From Obrimoposthia wandeli (lineage: Eukaryota): 64,000 bases of DNA. The notes beneath the pieces are model-generated. The model did not search any database. It had not been told where the DNA came from and was given only the letters and a program-made list of their open reading frames with translations. This document shows, piece by piece, positions 8,438-19,764 of this stretch; position 1 is the stretch's first letter, and each line of letters starts with the position of its first letter. The stretch spans positions 1 to 64,000 of the forward strand of contig CDROCS010005398.1 in NCBI GenBank assembly GCA_977020255.1, given 5' to 3'. The translations under genes and the position numbers were made by a program.

Positions 8438-10666
8438 ATGGAAGAGTCTAGAATCATGAGTCAGGCGAATTTAAAAGTGAGTAACACACGACCTCATATA
8501 ACAACGTTAAAACCATTAGCCTATATTATCGCGGCTATTTGCTACGCCCCTATTATGACTTACGCTGCAGATGATACTACCTTTACCTTTGATGAAGTTG
8601 TTGTGTCGGCGACACGTTCAGAGCAAAAATTAAAGGATGTGTCATCGTCGGTTGGCACCAGTAACGCACAAAAAATTGATGCGCAAATGGCGACTGACTT
8701 GAAAGACGTTTTAAACACAGAGCCCGGCGTTTCGATGGAAGGTCAAGGTAGATTTGGTCTCAGTAGTTTTAATATTCGTGGGCAGGATGGAAATCATGTC
8801 AAAGTCATTATCGATGGTATTCAACAAACCTCAATTTATAATACCGGTATGGGTGACGATGATGTCATGCGTAAAGGTCAAAACACCATTGAAATAGATA
8901 CCTTACAAACAGTTGAAGTAAACAAAGGCCCCTCTTCTAGTTTATATGGTAGTGATGCCTTAGGTGGCGCGGTCATTATGCGTACCAAAAACCCAAGCGA
9001 TCTATTAGATGACGCTGAAGAGACATCGTTTAGCAGTGTTAAAACGGGTTATGCAAGTGTCGATGACAGCTTTAAATCGACTGCAACCATGGCTGGTCGT
9101 TCTGGTAAATGGGAATCGTTATTCATGTATACCTATAAAACAGGCCATGAGACCCAAACTCACAGCAGTGGTGCTGACATTCAAGGCCCAGACCGAGGTC
9201 AAGCTGATCCTTTTGATATTAAATCTGATAACTTTTTAGGTAAAGTATTTTATCAAGTAAACGATGCCCATAAAATAGGCCTTACTTTAGAAAATTATAA
9301 CAGTACAAGCGATGGCGATATTCTGTCAAAAGAAGGGAAAAACTTAGCGCCTGGTTACACTTATACCCAAAACACGGCCAGTGATGCTGATGAAAGACAG
9401 CGCATCAGTATTGAACATAAGTGGACGGCAAACAATGCTGCCTTCGACACGCTTGACTGGAATCTGTCTTATCAGCAAAGTGCGTCAGAGCATGACAACT
9501 TTGATCATACAGATGCCAAGGGTTACCGCAACAGACAACGTAACGGTGATGAGCAATCAACCCAGTTTAATGCTCAATTTGATAAAGCCTTTGAATTAGC
9601 GAATAGCTATCATGAAGTCATTTACGGCTTATCTTATCTCAATAACAGCTTTAAGTTAGATTACACTGATTACCTGTTCAAAAATGCAAGTGTTACCCCT
9701 GCTAATCCAGAAGTACCATCGGCATCGTCTGATACTTGGGGTCTATTTATACAGGATCAAGGTTTCTATTTTGACGAAAAATTAGTCATCAATATGGGGC
9801 TGCGTTACGACTCTTATACAACGGATCCAGACGCTTCAGCAACGACTTCATTTGAGAAAAACACCAATGATGCGTTAACAGGTCGACTTGGCGGTGTTTA
9901 CCATTTCACCGATCAGCTAAGTACATTCGCTAATATCAGTCAGGGCTTTAAATCGCCGTCACTTGATCAGTTGTATTACAGCCGTCTGAATACAGGTCAT
10001 GGTTATAGCATTATATCAAACCCTGATTTAAAACCTGAAGAAAGCTTGGGTTATGAAATTGGTTCTCGCTTTGCCAATGATCACGGTCGTATCGAGTTAG
10101 CTGCCTACTACAATGATTACAAAAACTTTATTGAGCAAACTGAACTGGCACCAGATGCAAATGGCATTGTCTACACCAATGAGAATATTGCTCAAGCACG
10201 TATTTATGGTGCCGAGTTAAAATCGCAACTGAGCTTTGATTCATTATTAACAAGTACACCGGGTTTTTATGGTTCATTTAATGTCGCGTATTCACAAGGG
10301 GAAGATAAAGCAACGGGTAAAAGTATTGACTCTATTGCCCCGTTAACAACCAATGTTGCTTTGGGTTATGATGCTCAAGACAACACATTTGGCGGCGAGT
10401 TATCAACACAATGGATGGCTGAAAAATCAGGCTCAGACTGGAAAGATAGCAACAACGTCGATGCACCTAGCGCTATCGTCACCGACATTACCGTATACGT
10501 TCGTCCGACGACAGACCTGACGTTACGCGCGGGTATATTTAACGTTACTGATGAAAAGTACTGGTTATACAGCAACCTTAAAGATAAAAAAGCCAGTGAC
10601 CAAGGCTTAGAACGCCGCACTGAACCTGGACGTAATTGGGGGATAAACGCAGAATACATTTTCTAA
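8438..10666 (+). CDS. hutA: TonB-dependent heme/hemoglobin receptor (HutA-like)
   Basis: TonB box DEVVVSATR, plug NIRG and EVNKGPSSSLYGSDALGG, GFKSP, NPDLKPE, C-terminal Phe; sits in the hut locus. Confidence 0.9.
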   Translation: MEESRIMSQANLKVSNTRPHITTLKPLAYIIAAICYAPIMTYAADDTTFTFDEVVVSATRSEQKLKDVSSSVGTSNAQKIDAQMATDLKDVLNTEPGVSMEGQGRFGLSSFNIRGQDGNHVKVIIDGIQQTSIYNTGMGDDDVMRKGQNTIEIDTLQTVEVNKGPSSSLYGSDALGGAVIMRTKNPSDLLDDAEETSFSSVKTGYASVDDSFKSTATMAGRSGKWESLFMYTYKTGHETQTHSSGADIQGPDRGQADPFDIKSDNFLGKVFYQVNDAHKIGLTLENYNSTSDGDILSKEGKNLAPGYTYTQNTASDADERQRISIEHKWTANNAAFDTLDWNLSYQQSASEHDNFDHTDAKGYRNRQRNGDEQSTQFNAQFDKAFELANSYHEVIYGLSYLNNSFKLDYTDYLFKNASVTPANPEVPSASSDTWGLFIQDQGFYFDEKLVINMGLRYDSYTTDPDASATTSFEKNTNDALTGRLGGVYHFTDQLSTFANISQGFKSPSLDQLYYSRLNTGHGYSIISNPDLKPEESLGYEIGSRFANDHGRIELAAYYNDYKNFIEQTELAPDANGIVYTNENIAQARIYGAELKSQLSFDSLLTSTPGFYGSFNVAYSQGEDKATGKSIDSIAPLTTNVALGYDAQDNTFGGELSTQWMAEKSGSDWKDSNNVDAPSAIVTDITVYVRPTTDLTLRAGIFNVTDEKYWLYSNLKDKKASDQGLERRTEPGRNWGINAEYIF

Positions 10667-10695
10667 TCTATTGATAACTTTAGAAGTCTAAAATG

Positions 10696-10725
10696 AAAAA
10701 ATCCTGCTATTTCAGCAGGCTTTTT
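10696..10725 (+). terminator. Bidirectional rho-independent terminator between hutA and ydeP
   Basis: AAAAAATCCTGCT-atttc-AGCAGGCTTTTT. Confidence 0.75.
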
Positions 10726-10802
10726 ATTACAATTACTTATCTCGATAAATCTAACTTAATCTCGCCTCGTTTAACATATGAAAATCCCAAAGAGTAAATG
10801 AA

Positions 10803-13112
10803 CTAAACGTTAACCAACTGAATTTTATTATTTTGCAATACAGCCTTGGATAGCACCACTGGAATAGCTTTCGAAATAGGGGTATCACTCAAATCCCCTT
10901 TGCCATCGATAGAGACCAAGGGATTCGTTTCAGGAAAATAAGCGGCAATATTACCCTCTGGAATGTCATAAGCCACCAGCTTAAAACCAAACACTTTACG
11001 CTCAATGCCATCGGGCCAAAGCGATTCAATATCGACTAATTGGTTATTTTCCATGCCTAATGCGCTGATGTCATTTTCGTTAATAAAAAGCACTTTACGT
11101 TCGCCAGAAATACCACGGTAGCGATCATCAAAACCATAAATAGTGGTATTGTATTGGTCGTGTGAGCGCATGGTTTGTAATACCAATACCGGATCCTGAC
11201 TAAGCTCTCGTAAGTTTGCTGGCAGTAAATGAACGGGCAGATCATGGCGCATAAATTGGGCTTTTTTAGAGACAGTTCGCCATACTCTTTCAGCCGCACT
11301 GTTACCAAGATAGAAACCACCCGGCTGTGCTATTTTACGATTAAAGTCACTGAAGCCAGCAATACTTTTTTCAATTAAATCACGGATCCGCGCATAATCT
11401 TCAATAACCCAATCCCAATCAATTGGCTGCTTACCCAAAGTTGCAGCGGCAATACCGGCAATAATCGCCTGCTCAGAACGCATTTCACCGGTATCACCTT
11501 CCACGACACCCGCAGAGGCATGTACCATACTAAACGAGTCTTCAACAGTGATACTTTGTGGCCCCGATGCTTGCATATCAACATCGGTGCGCCCTAGGCA
11601 AGGTAATATCAGTGAGTCTTTACCATATACCAAATGCGTACGGTTGAGTTTGCGCTATTAACCGCCGGGCGACAGCTTGAGTGCTTGTTGTGTTAATACC
11701 AGGCCAAGTGTTGCTGCCGCAAAATTACCGCCTAAGCCAATAAAGACTTTACTCTCACCAGCCAGCATCGCTTTGATCGCTGCAACGGTATTATGTCCGG
11801 GTGCTGTGGGCGCTTGAAAATCAAATGCGTTAGAGAGGCTATTGATAAATGCCGCCGTTGGTTTTTCATCAATACCCATGGTGCGATCGCCTTGCACATT
11901 ACTGTGCCCACGCACTGGACACAATCCAGCGCCTGGTTGTCCCAATTGGCCAAACAAGAGTTGTAAGTTAGCGATTTCTTGAATGGTTTTTACTGAATGT
12001 TTATGCTGCGTAATACCCATCGCCCAGGTAATAATAACGCGTTTGGATTGACGATAAATAGTAGCGGCTTGTTCTATTTCCGATTGTAATAATCCTGCCT
12101 GTTCGGTAATTTCATCCCATGGCGTCGCTTTAACGGCGGTGAGGTATTCATCAAGTCCTTGGGTATGTTCAGCAATAAATGCATGGTCGAATATAGAGGG
12201 TAGTCCGGCGTCTAACTCGGCTTTATCAAGTACACAAAGTGCTTTGACCATACCGCGTACAACGGCCATGTCGCCACCGAGTTTCGGCGTGAAATAACAC
12301 TGACTAATTTGGGTCGAGCCATCGGTGAGCATTTCGGTCACTGATTGTGGATTAGTAAAACGCTCTAGACCGCGTTCTTTTAGAGTATTAAAAGTTACAA
12401 CTGCAGCGCCCCGACGCGATGCCTGTCGAAGTGTATCGAGCATGCGCGGATGGTTTGTCCCTGGGTTTTGACCAAACACAAAAATAGCATCGGCATGTTC
12501 AAAGTCTTCTAGCGTCACCGTCCCTTTACCGATACCAATGGCTTGCTTTAAACCTACTCCACTGGCTTCGTGACACATATTGGAACAATCTGGAAAGTTA
12601 TTCGTGCCAAACTTACGCACAAAAAGTTGATATAAAAAGGCCGCTTCATTGCTTGCTCGACCGGATGTATAAAACTCGGCTTGGTTAGGGTGTTCAAGGG
12701 CATTGAGATGTTTGCCTATGAGGGTAAATGCCTGCGGCCAACTCACTGCTTCATAGCAATCGGTTGCACTGTTGTACTTAACGGGATGACTCAACCGCCC
12801 TTGCGACTCTAAGAAGTAATCACTTTGTTGTGTTAACCAACTGACGGGATGTTGTGCGAAAAAGGCGGGCGTCACACGTCGACGGGTTGCTTCCCAGTTC
12901 ACGGCTTTAGCGCCATTTTCACAAAATTTAAACCGCGTTTGCTCTTTCGATTCGCCCCATGCACAGCCAGGGCAATCAAAGCCTTTATCTTGATTTGTTT
13001 TCAGTAAGTTGCGAATGTTACGCGACACATTTTCGCTTTTAACCAGATGTTTAGTCGTGCTTAATAAGGCACCCCAGCCACCCGCTGAGCCTTCGTATTT
13101 TTTAATTGTCAT
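10803..13112 (-). pseudogene. FdhF/YdeP-family molybdopterin oxidoreductase interrupted by in-frame TAA TAG
   Basis: GFDCPGCAW, FCENGAKA, FYTSGRASNEAA, PDCSNMCHE, RGHSNVQGDRTMG and, in the downstream ORF, ILPCLGRTD and RSHDQYNTTIYG. Both ORFs are in the same frame, separated by two stops near 11655-11660. Confidence 0.88.
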
Positions 13113-13190
13113 GTTGATCTCTATATCGAATAATCTATATCACATTATTTATAAAAGAAGGTCTTTATAAAAAGGTCTATAGCAGAAGGT

Positions 13191-14231
13191 CTATAGCAGC
13201 GGTGCTATATCGGTCTTTAGATTTAAGCGAAAAGCACCATGGTAGATGTTGAACCCGCCGTCACGGCTAAAGCCAATCAGTGTTAAGTTGAAGCGTTTAG
13301 CCATGTTAATCGCCAGATTAGAAGGTGCGCCCACAGCGACCAGTATTGAAATACCTGAAACCAGTACTTTTTGCACCAACTCAAAACTAATTCGACCGCT
13401 TAGAAATACCACTTTACCTTGCTGATCAAGCGTTGTACTTCTTGCTAGTTTTCCCATTAATTTGTCTAAGGCATTGTGACGACCAACATCTTCACAGCTT
13501 AGTAGCAACTCACCTTGTGCATCGAATAAGGCGCAGCCATGCACCCCACCGGTTTGATTAAACATCGATTGGTATTGACGAAGTTGCTCACTAAAATGAG
13601 GAATAACATGACCTGACAACCAAGCAGCCGTCGGATCTAAATTGGGAATATTACGTAGTTCTAAAGATTTTATTGATGACTTACCACACACGCCACAACT
13701 GGAAAAAGAGGTAGTATCACGATTGATTAACGCCCAATCGACAACAACATCAGGCGATAGCTGTACATCAATTTCGTTTTGGCGAATGTCATTGTGGTAA
13801 ATATCGTTTTGGCCTATTTCATTTTCGAGAATATCATCTAAATCAAATTGCTCATTAATGCCAGTAATATCGCTAGCACTGTTGATAATGCCTTCGGCCA
13901 ATAATAAACCGGTAACCAGATTAAGATCGTCACCCGGTGTACGCATCGTCACTAAGTAAACACGTTCTTGCTCTTTGCCCGCGCTATCATTATAAATAAG
14001 CCGTATCTCTAAAGGTTCTTCTATGATCACAGCGTCGATTGCAAGGCTGACGTTTACGCCATTAATATGTTGAAGAGAGCATGTCGCAACACCAGCCTGA
14101 TATGAGGAGTGTGTGCTTACAGATGTACTGAATTGATGATTGTTAGGCGTACCGAGCTGGCTATCCACATTAAAGGCGGCGTATTTAACAACTGAGGCGT
14201 GGTTTTCGGGATGCTTTTTTTGTTCAGCCAT
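13191..14231 (-). CDS. fdhD: Formate dehydrogenase accessory sulfurtransferase FdhD
   Basis: EEPLEI, MRTPG, SSCGVCGK, FNQTGGVHG, EDVGRHNALDK, SGRISFELVQK. Confidence 0.95.
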   Translation of the reverse strand: MAEQKKHPENHASVVKYAAFNVDSQLGTPNNHQFSTSVSTHSSYQAGVATCSLQHINGVNVSLAIDAVIIEEPLEIRLIYNDSAGKEQERVYLVTMRTPGDDLNLVTGLLLAEGIINSASDITGINEQFDLDDILENEIGQNDIYHNDIRQNEIDVQLSPDVVVDWALINRDTTSFSSCGVCGKSSIKSLELRNIPNLDPTAAWLSGHVIPHFSEQLRQYQSMFNQTGGVHGCALFDAQGELLLSCEDVGRHNALDKLMGKLARSTTLDQQGKVVFLSGRISFELVQKVLVSGISILVAVGAPSNLAINMAKRFNLTLIGFSRDGGFNIYHGAFRLNLKTDIAPLL

Positions 14232-14497
14232 AGTGATGCTTCACTCTAATAGATTGATATTAAAAACCACTAGGCGCCACAAGGCTTTTTTACGGTGATC
14301 TTTAACATGCGCAAAATAAGATCTTCACACTACCTTTTGTATAACAATAAACATAACTGGAAATTTCTTTCATTTGATAAGTAAAAGCTATCAGCTCGCG
14401 CAGCGTAAGGTAAACAAAGGGTTGCTGGATTCAAGCAATAAGTGCAGCACGCACGAGGAATATCAAATTTAGGCATGCTGCTATTCCGTGGTGGCAA

Positions 14498-17257
14498 TTA
14501 ACCTCTCGATTTTAGTATCTCGTTAATCGGCGCGGGTTTGCCAATCCCATAACCTTGCGCATAATCGACGCCCATTTCTTGTAATCGCTGCCTGATAGCA
14601 TCATTCTCAACGAACTCAGCAATTGTTTTCATGCCCATGACATGACCAATATCATTGATTGATTTAACCATAGCTTCATCTATCGGATCGTCCAAAATAT
14701 CTTTAACAAACATGCCGTCGATCTTCAATGTACACACAGGTAAATTTTTCAAGTAGGCAAATGAAGACAAACCACTGCCAAAATCATCCAGTGCAAACTG
14801 ACAACCAAACTCAGATAATGTTTTTATAAATGAAGTCGCGTCTCGCAAATTACTGATCGCGGCTGTTTCTGTTATTTCAAACTTGATCATGCTTGGTGGT
14901 AAATTATGTAATGTGATCTGCTGCATGATATGACGGAGTAGCGTCTGATTCCCCAATGATGTACCGGACAGGTTGATGGCGAGGTGATCAACATGGTCTA
15001 AATGCTGTAAATGTAGTTCCATCCAAGCAAAGGTGTGATCGACGACCCACCTGTCTATCGCGTCGGATAAATTATAACGTTCTGCCGCGGGTAAAAATGC
15101 ACCAGGCGGCACAATGACACCCTTTCGAGTACGCAGACGCAGCAACACTTCATAGATAGGCTTTTTAGACGAGTCTGAAAGCGATACAATCGGTTGTGCA
15201 TAGAGTTCAAATCTATTTTCATTTAACGCATATTTTAATTCATTAACCCAACGGAATTCACCATCACGTTTAGCTAACAATGCATCGTCTGAATGATAGA
15301 TATGAATACGGTTACGCCCTAAGTCTTTAGCGGCATAACAAGCGGAATCAACACCGATTAATATTTCGGTAATATTTTTAGTTTGACTATTAATTTCAGC
15401 CAAGCCGATACTCGCACCGATACTGAATATGTTTTTTTCCCACATAAACTGAAAGTTCGCAATTAATGCCAATATACCCTGCGCCTTTGTCTCGGCTTGC
15501 ACAAGATTACATTGCGTCATTAAAATGGCAAATTCATCACCGCCTAACCGAGCTAATATATCTTGTGGTTCAATATGTTCACTTAGCAACATACCTAATT
15601 GGCGTAACAGTTCATCTCCAGCCATATGGCCGCAGGTATCATTGATAATTTTAAACTGATCTAAGTCTAAGAAGCATAATGCATGAGTAGTATTATCTTG
15701 TTGAGCTGACGAAATGTTTTTCCCAAGTAGCTCCTCAAATTCATAACGATTAATTAACCCTGTCAACATGTCATGCGTCGCTTGATAGGATATTTTTTGC
15801 GAAGAAACTCTAGCTTTGGTTACATCGACTTGAATGCCAATAAAATGGGTTGTAGCGCCATCATTTTTGACCGGTACAATACAGACTTGAGCCCAAAATA
15901 GTTCACCATTTTTCTTACAGTTTTTTAATTCACCACGCCATTCATCACCTGCTAATATCGTTGCCCATAGATCTTTATAAACACGGTCAGGGGTATCTTT
16001 TGAACGAAAAACATTGGCTTTTTTACCAATAACTTCGGTTCCAGTATAACCCGTGGTGACAGTGAACTTAGGATTTACATACTCAATGAGACCGCGAGTA
16101 TCCGTTATAAATATGCTCTCAGGGCTGTATTCAACAACCGTAGATAGTTTTTTGAAATTTGCTGTATTTTGCTGTATTTCAGTTATGTCATTATAAACAC
16201 CGATACCACCGTCTAACTCTCCAGCACTGGAATAAAGCGGGACGAAATTGGCATGTATATGCATAAAGCGTTGGCCAGATACCGATGTATAAGGGCCTTC
16301 ATATCTACTCACTTTACCTTGTAGCGACTGTTTCACCATGTTGAGCATTTCAATGTTTTGAAGCTTTTCCAGCATGTTAAAGCCAATAAGCGTATCCCGA
16401 TCTGCTCGGAGAATTTCCTCAAAACGTCGATTGGTTTTTTTGATCACACCATTATTATCATAGTGAAATATTCCAACAGGAGAATGTTCAAAAATGGACG
16501 TAAGCTTCGCTTCACTTTCAACCAACTCAGATGTTTGTTTTGTTACCTTTTTTACCAAAACTTTAATCTGTCGACGAGGTTCTAAACAGAGCACAGCGAA
16601 TAAGGGGCTGGCAAACAATAAAAATAACGCAGAGATAATTAAAGTGAGGTATAAGTTTTCATTTAATAACGAATCAATATAGTCAATTGAAAGATCGGCA
16701 CCAACAATATATACGCTACCATCATCTGCCTTCATTGGAATGAGGATACTACGAAAATCGCCCCACTTATCGCTACTTTGATGAATTTGGCTTTGGTTAT
16801 TCTTAAAGATGGCCGCAATATCAGTTGCTGCATCGTCGTAATGTTCAAAATAGTTAAACGCAAATTCTTTGGCATTCAGTTCAGTGTCAGAAGCGCTTGA
16901 GCTGGTATAGAAAATGTCATTATCTCGCAATATCAATGTATAAAGATACACAATATCAGTGCGCTGAGTATATTCAGATAACCTTAAGGTAATAGCAAGA
17001 TCTTGTTGTTTAGACAGATCAGTGTTGCTCATTTCCTGATGGTGAAAGCCTTTGGGTAAGATAGCGGGGATAAGTAATGCTGCATTTTTAAGATCTTGAT
17101 CCAAAACAGAATACAGATTTTTCTTTTCTTTAAAGTAATTTAATTCCGAAAAAATGAATACCCATATGACATAAATCGCAATAGCAACGTAGATCCGAAA
17201 GCTATTTTTTACTGGCAGGAACAAAACAAAATACCACTGTGAATCATAAACTATCAT
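14498..17257 (-). CDS. Membrane sensor-PAS-PAS-GGDEF-EAL c-di-GMP signalling protein
   Basis: Two hydrophobic segments flanking a Cache-like region, two PAS regions, intact RLGGDEF, EVLLR, EITET and DDFGSG motifs. Confidence 0.92.
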   Translation of the reverse strand: MIVYDSQWYFVLFLPVKNSFRIYVAIAIYVIWVFIFSELNYFKEKKNLYSVLDQDLKNAALLIPAILPKGFHHQEMSNTDLSKQQDLAITLRLSEYTQRTDIVYLYTLILRDNDIFYTSSSASDTELNAKEFAFNYFEHYDDAATDIAAIFKNNQSQIHQSSDKWGDFRSILIPMKADDGSVYIVGADLSIDYIDSLLNENLYLTLIISALFLLFASPLFAVLCLEPRRQIKVLVKKVTKQTSELVESEAKLTSIFEHSPVGIFHYDNNGVIKKTNRRFEEILRADRDTLIGFNMLEKLQNIEMLNMVKQSLQGKVSRYEGPYTSVSGQRFMHIHANFVPLYSSAGELDGGIGVYNDITEIQQNTANFKKLSTVVEYSPESIFITDTRGLIEYVNPKFTVTTGYTGTEVIGKKANVFRSKDTPDRVYKDLWATILAGDEWRGELKNCKKNGELFWAQVCIVPVKNDGATTHFIGIQVDVTKARVSSQKISYQATHDMLTGLINRYEFEELLGKNISSAQQDNTTHALCFLDLDQFKIINDTCGHMAGDELLRQLGMLLSEHIEPQDILARLGGDEFAILMTQCNLVQAETKAQGILALIANFQFMWEKNIFSIGASIGLAEINSQTKNITEILIGVDSACYAAKDLGRNRIHIYHSDDALLAKRDGEFRWVNELKYALNENRFELYAQPIVSLSDSSKKPIYEVLLRLRTRKGVIVPPGAFLPAAERYNLSDAIDRWVVDHTFAWMELHLQHLDHVDHLAINLSGTSLGNQTLLRHIMQQITLHNLPPSMIKFEITETAAISNLRDATSFIKTLSEFGCQFALDDFGSGLSSFAYLKNLPVCTLKIDGMFVKDILDDPIDEAMVKSINDIGHVMGMKTIAEFVENDAIRQRLQEMGVDYAQGYGIGKPAPINEILKSRG

Positions 17258-17408
17258 ATTGAATTGTTAATTATAATAATGCAAATGAACGCAATAAGTT
17301 ACAGCCGTTAACATACTAATCTATGATCTGGCACAATATGCGCGCAATGATCTATCCTATTAATTGGTATAAACTTTATACAGCACGCTTACTTTCAAAG
17401 GAATCATC

Positions 17409-17885
17409 ATGAAAATTATACTTTTCACTACTTTTCTTTTACTCAGTAACCTTACCCATTCAGCCTCGTTAACGGCGGGCAGTAAGTCTGTGGGAATAAA
17501 ACTAGGCGGTGCTTCAATTGGCTCCGAGAACTACACCATTGCGGGCGCTTCAATTAACTATTTTGCCTTAGATAACCTTGCTGTTGGTGCTGCTTATGAA
17601 TACTGGTTTTCAGGTAAGCCAACAGTTTCAAAAGCAACTGTAGAGTCCACCTATTACATTCCCGCGTCGGCGCAATTTAAACCCTATGTGGGTTTGCTAT
17701 ACAGCCGTTACTTTGTCGAAGATAACAGTGATATAGATGCGTATGGTTATCGTGTTGGCATCGCTTATATTAACTCGCCTATGTTCTTTAGCGCCGGTCT
17801 TCGCCAAGAAAAATACACATCAGACAGAGCCATATTTTCTAACGAAGACGCGACTGGCGAATTCATGATTGGTTTTTCATTTTAG
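17409..17885 (+). CDS. Small outer-membrane beta-barrel protein
   Basis: Signal peptide, alternating amphipathic strands, C-terminal GFSF. Confidence 0.7.
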   Translation: MKIILFTTFLLLSNLTHSASLTAGSKSVGIKLGGASIGSENYTIAGASINYFALDNLAVGAAYEYWFSGKPTVSKATVESTYYIPASAQFKPYVGLLYSRYFVEDNSDIDAYGYRVGIAYINSPMFFSAGLRQEKYTSDRAIFSNEDATGEFMIGFSF

Positions 17886-17935
17886 CACCACCAGCAATAT
17901 TTAATGCTTAAGTTTAAATAGCCACACTATTGCTG

Positions 17936-17961
17936 TGATCTTTATAGGTAGTTATTACGTA
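17936..17961 (+). promoter_or_regulatory. RpoE(ChrR)-type promoter upstream of ABC1 kinase
   Basis: TGATC-N17-CGTA, same spacing as four sites at 58-60 kb. Confidence 0.75.
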
Positions 17962-18002
17962 TGGATTATACGTGTGTATCCATCTTAGGTAGCGAGTAAA
18001 CA

Positions 18003-19364
18003 ATGCAAAAATATATAGGAAAAAGAGTACCGACCTCTAAGATTTCACGAATGTCTAAATTGGGCGGTTTAGTTGTGCAAGTGGCAGGTAACGTCGCTTT
18101 GGAGGGGGTTAAGCAGTTTTCTCAAGGGAAAACACCGACATTGTCCAAGCTGCTATTAACACCTCGAAATATTGAAAACCTAGCCGATAAACTAGCCCAG
18201 TTACGGGGCGCCGCGATGAAAGTCGGACAGTTGTTATCGATGGATGCAGGTGATTTACTACCAAAAGAACTCAGCACGTTACTCAGTAAGCTACGCTCTG
18301 ATGCCCACCCAATGCCGTATAAACAACTTCGACGAGTATTAACAGATAATTGGGGACAAGACTGGCTTGATCAATTTAGTCAGTTTGAATTAAAACCTTT
18401 CGCTTCAGCTTCAATAGGCCAAGTACATTTAGCCTATGGCGACCGTGGCGAAAAGTTAGCTGTAAAAGTGCAATACCCAGGTGTGCGTCAATCAATCGAT
18501 GCAGATGTCGATAATGTTGCCATCCTTTTAAAGTTATCGGGGTTATTGCCAGAACAAATTTCGCTAGATTCTTTACTTGATGAAGCTAAAAAACAACTTA
18601 AAGTAGAAGCGGATTACCAGCAAGAAGCGGCCTTCAATCGTCGTTATGGTTTATTACTTGGGCAAGACCCGCATTTTATTATTCCAGAAGTGTTATTAGA
18701 CCAATGTACTGACAATATTCTCTTGATGACTTATGTCGATGGTAAAACCATAGAGCAAGCTGTTAATCAATCTCAGCAACAAAGGGACAACATAGCAACC
18801 CAACTTATTCGCTTGTTTTTTGCCGAGTTATTCGACTTTAAACTAATGCAAACCGACCCTAATTTTGCCAACTACTTATACCAAGCCGAACAACAAAAAA
18901 TAGTGTTACTTGATTTTGGTGCCACCCGAGATATTCCACCTGCAATTAGCCAAGGTTACCTCGCTTTAATTCATGCCGCTAGCCGAGGCGATCGCCCTGC
19001 GATGCAACAAGCGGCAGAGAACATAGGATTTTTTGGTCAAGATATCGATAACGACTACCTGCAACAGGTTTTAAGCACGTTTATAATCGCAACCGAGCCT
19101 TTGCAGTGCCAGGAAGAGTATGATTTTGCCAGTACCGATTTAGCTTATCGCATTAAACAAGCAGGCATGGCGATAAATAACAGACAAGACCAATGGCATA
19201 CACCACCTGTCGATGCGATCTTTATTCATCGTAAGTTGGCAGGATTATATTTATTGGCGGCGAGATTAAACGCCAAAGTCAATGTGTCGGCATTATTTGA
19301 ACCTTATGTGGCTAAATTGGATTTAAGCAGTGAGCAAGAACATATGATTGCAACGCGCAGTTGA
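18003..19364 (+). CDS. ABC1/AarF/UbiB-family atypical kinase
   Basis: LRGAAMKVGQLLS, FASASIGQVH, LAVKVQYPG, QTDPNFANY, LLDFGA. Confidence 0.92.
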   Translation: MQKYIGKRVPTSKISRMSKLGGLVVQVAGNVALEGVKQFSQGKTPTLSKLLLTPRNIENLADKLAQLRGAAMKVGQLLSMDAGDLLPKELSTLLSKLRSDAHPMPYKQLRRVLTDNWGQDWLDQFSQFELKPFASASIGQVHLAYGDRGEKLAVKVQYPGVRQSIDADVDNVAILLKLSGLLPEQISLDSLLDEAKKQLKVEADYQQEAAFNRRYGLLLGQDPHFIIPEVLLDQCTDNILLMTYVDGKTIEQAVNQSQQQRDNIATQLIRLFFAELFDFKLMQTDPNFANYLYQAEQQKIVLLDFGATRDIPPAISQGYLALIHAASRGDRPAMQQAAENIGFFGQDIDNDYLQQVLSTFIIATEPLQCQEEYDFASTDLAYRIKQAGMAINNRQDQWHTPPVDAIFIHRKLAGLYLLAARLNAKVNVSALFEPYVAKLDLSSEQEHMIATRS

Positions 19365-19391
19365 AGTGATCAGCACCGAGCTCCTAAAACG

Positions 19392-19420
19392 AAAAAAGCC
19401 TGCTCAATGAACAGGCTTTT
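19392..19420 (-). terminator. Bidirectional terminator (tRNA operon copy 1 / ABC1 kinase)
   Basis: AAAAAAGCCTGCTCAATGAACAGGCTTTT hairpin with A and T tracts. Confidence 0.8.
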
Positions 19421-19449
19421 CCAAGTTCCAATGACTTGGAATAAATAAG

Positions 19450-19526
19450 TGGTCGGTGATAGAGGATTCGAACCTCTGACCCCCTGGTCCCAAACCAGGT
19501 GCGCTACCAAGCTGCGCTAATCACCG
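19450..19526 (-). tRNA. tRNA-Pro(TGG)
   Basis: CGGTGATTAGCGCAG...CCTGG TT TGG GA CCAGG...TTCGAAT...ACCA, 77 nt. Confidence 0.97.
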
Positions 19527-19530
19527 AACA

Positions 19531-19615
19531 TGGTGCGGAAGGAGAGACTTGAACTCTCACACTTTGCAATACTAGAACCTAAATCTAGCGCGTCTACCAA
19601 TTCCGCCACTTCCGC
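19531..19615 (-). tRNA. tRNA-Leu(TAG)
   Basis: GCGGAAGTGGCGGAATTGGTAGAC...CTAGA TT TAG GT TCTAG, long variable arm, CCA, 85 nt. Confidence 0.96.
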
Positions 19616-19686
19616 ACTAACTATCAACTTATCAGCAGGTAATACTGACAAGGGTCGATAACATCACCTTAGCGTGTTATCAAATA

Positions 19687-19764
19687 TGGGGGCGACTGAA
19701 GGGGATTCATCCCTCGACAACCGGAATCACAATCCGGGGCTCTACCAACTGAGCGACAACCGCC
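19687..19764 (-). pseudogene. Degenerate tRNA-His(GTG)
   Basis: Compared with the intact copy at 56881, the T-loop TTCAA is changed to ATGAA, there is an extra C before CCA, and position 9 is C. Confidence 0.8.

Noticed and set aside
11655-11660. Selenocysteine/pyrrolysine read-through in the Fdh-like gene
   Set aside because: The stops are TAA TAG in a locally scrambled patch, not an in-frame TGA at the Cys/Sec site.
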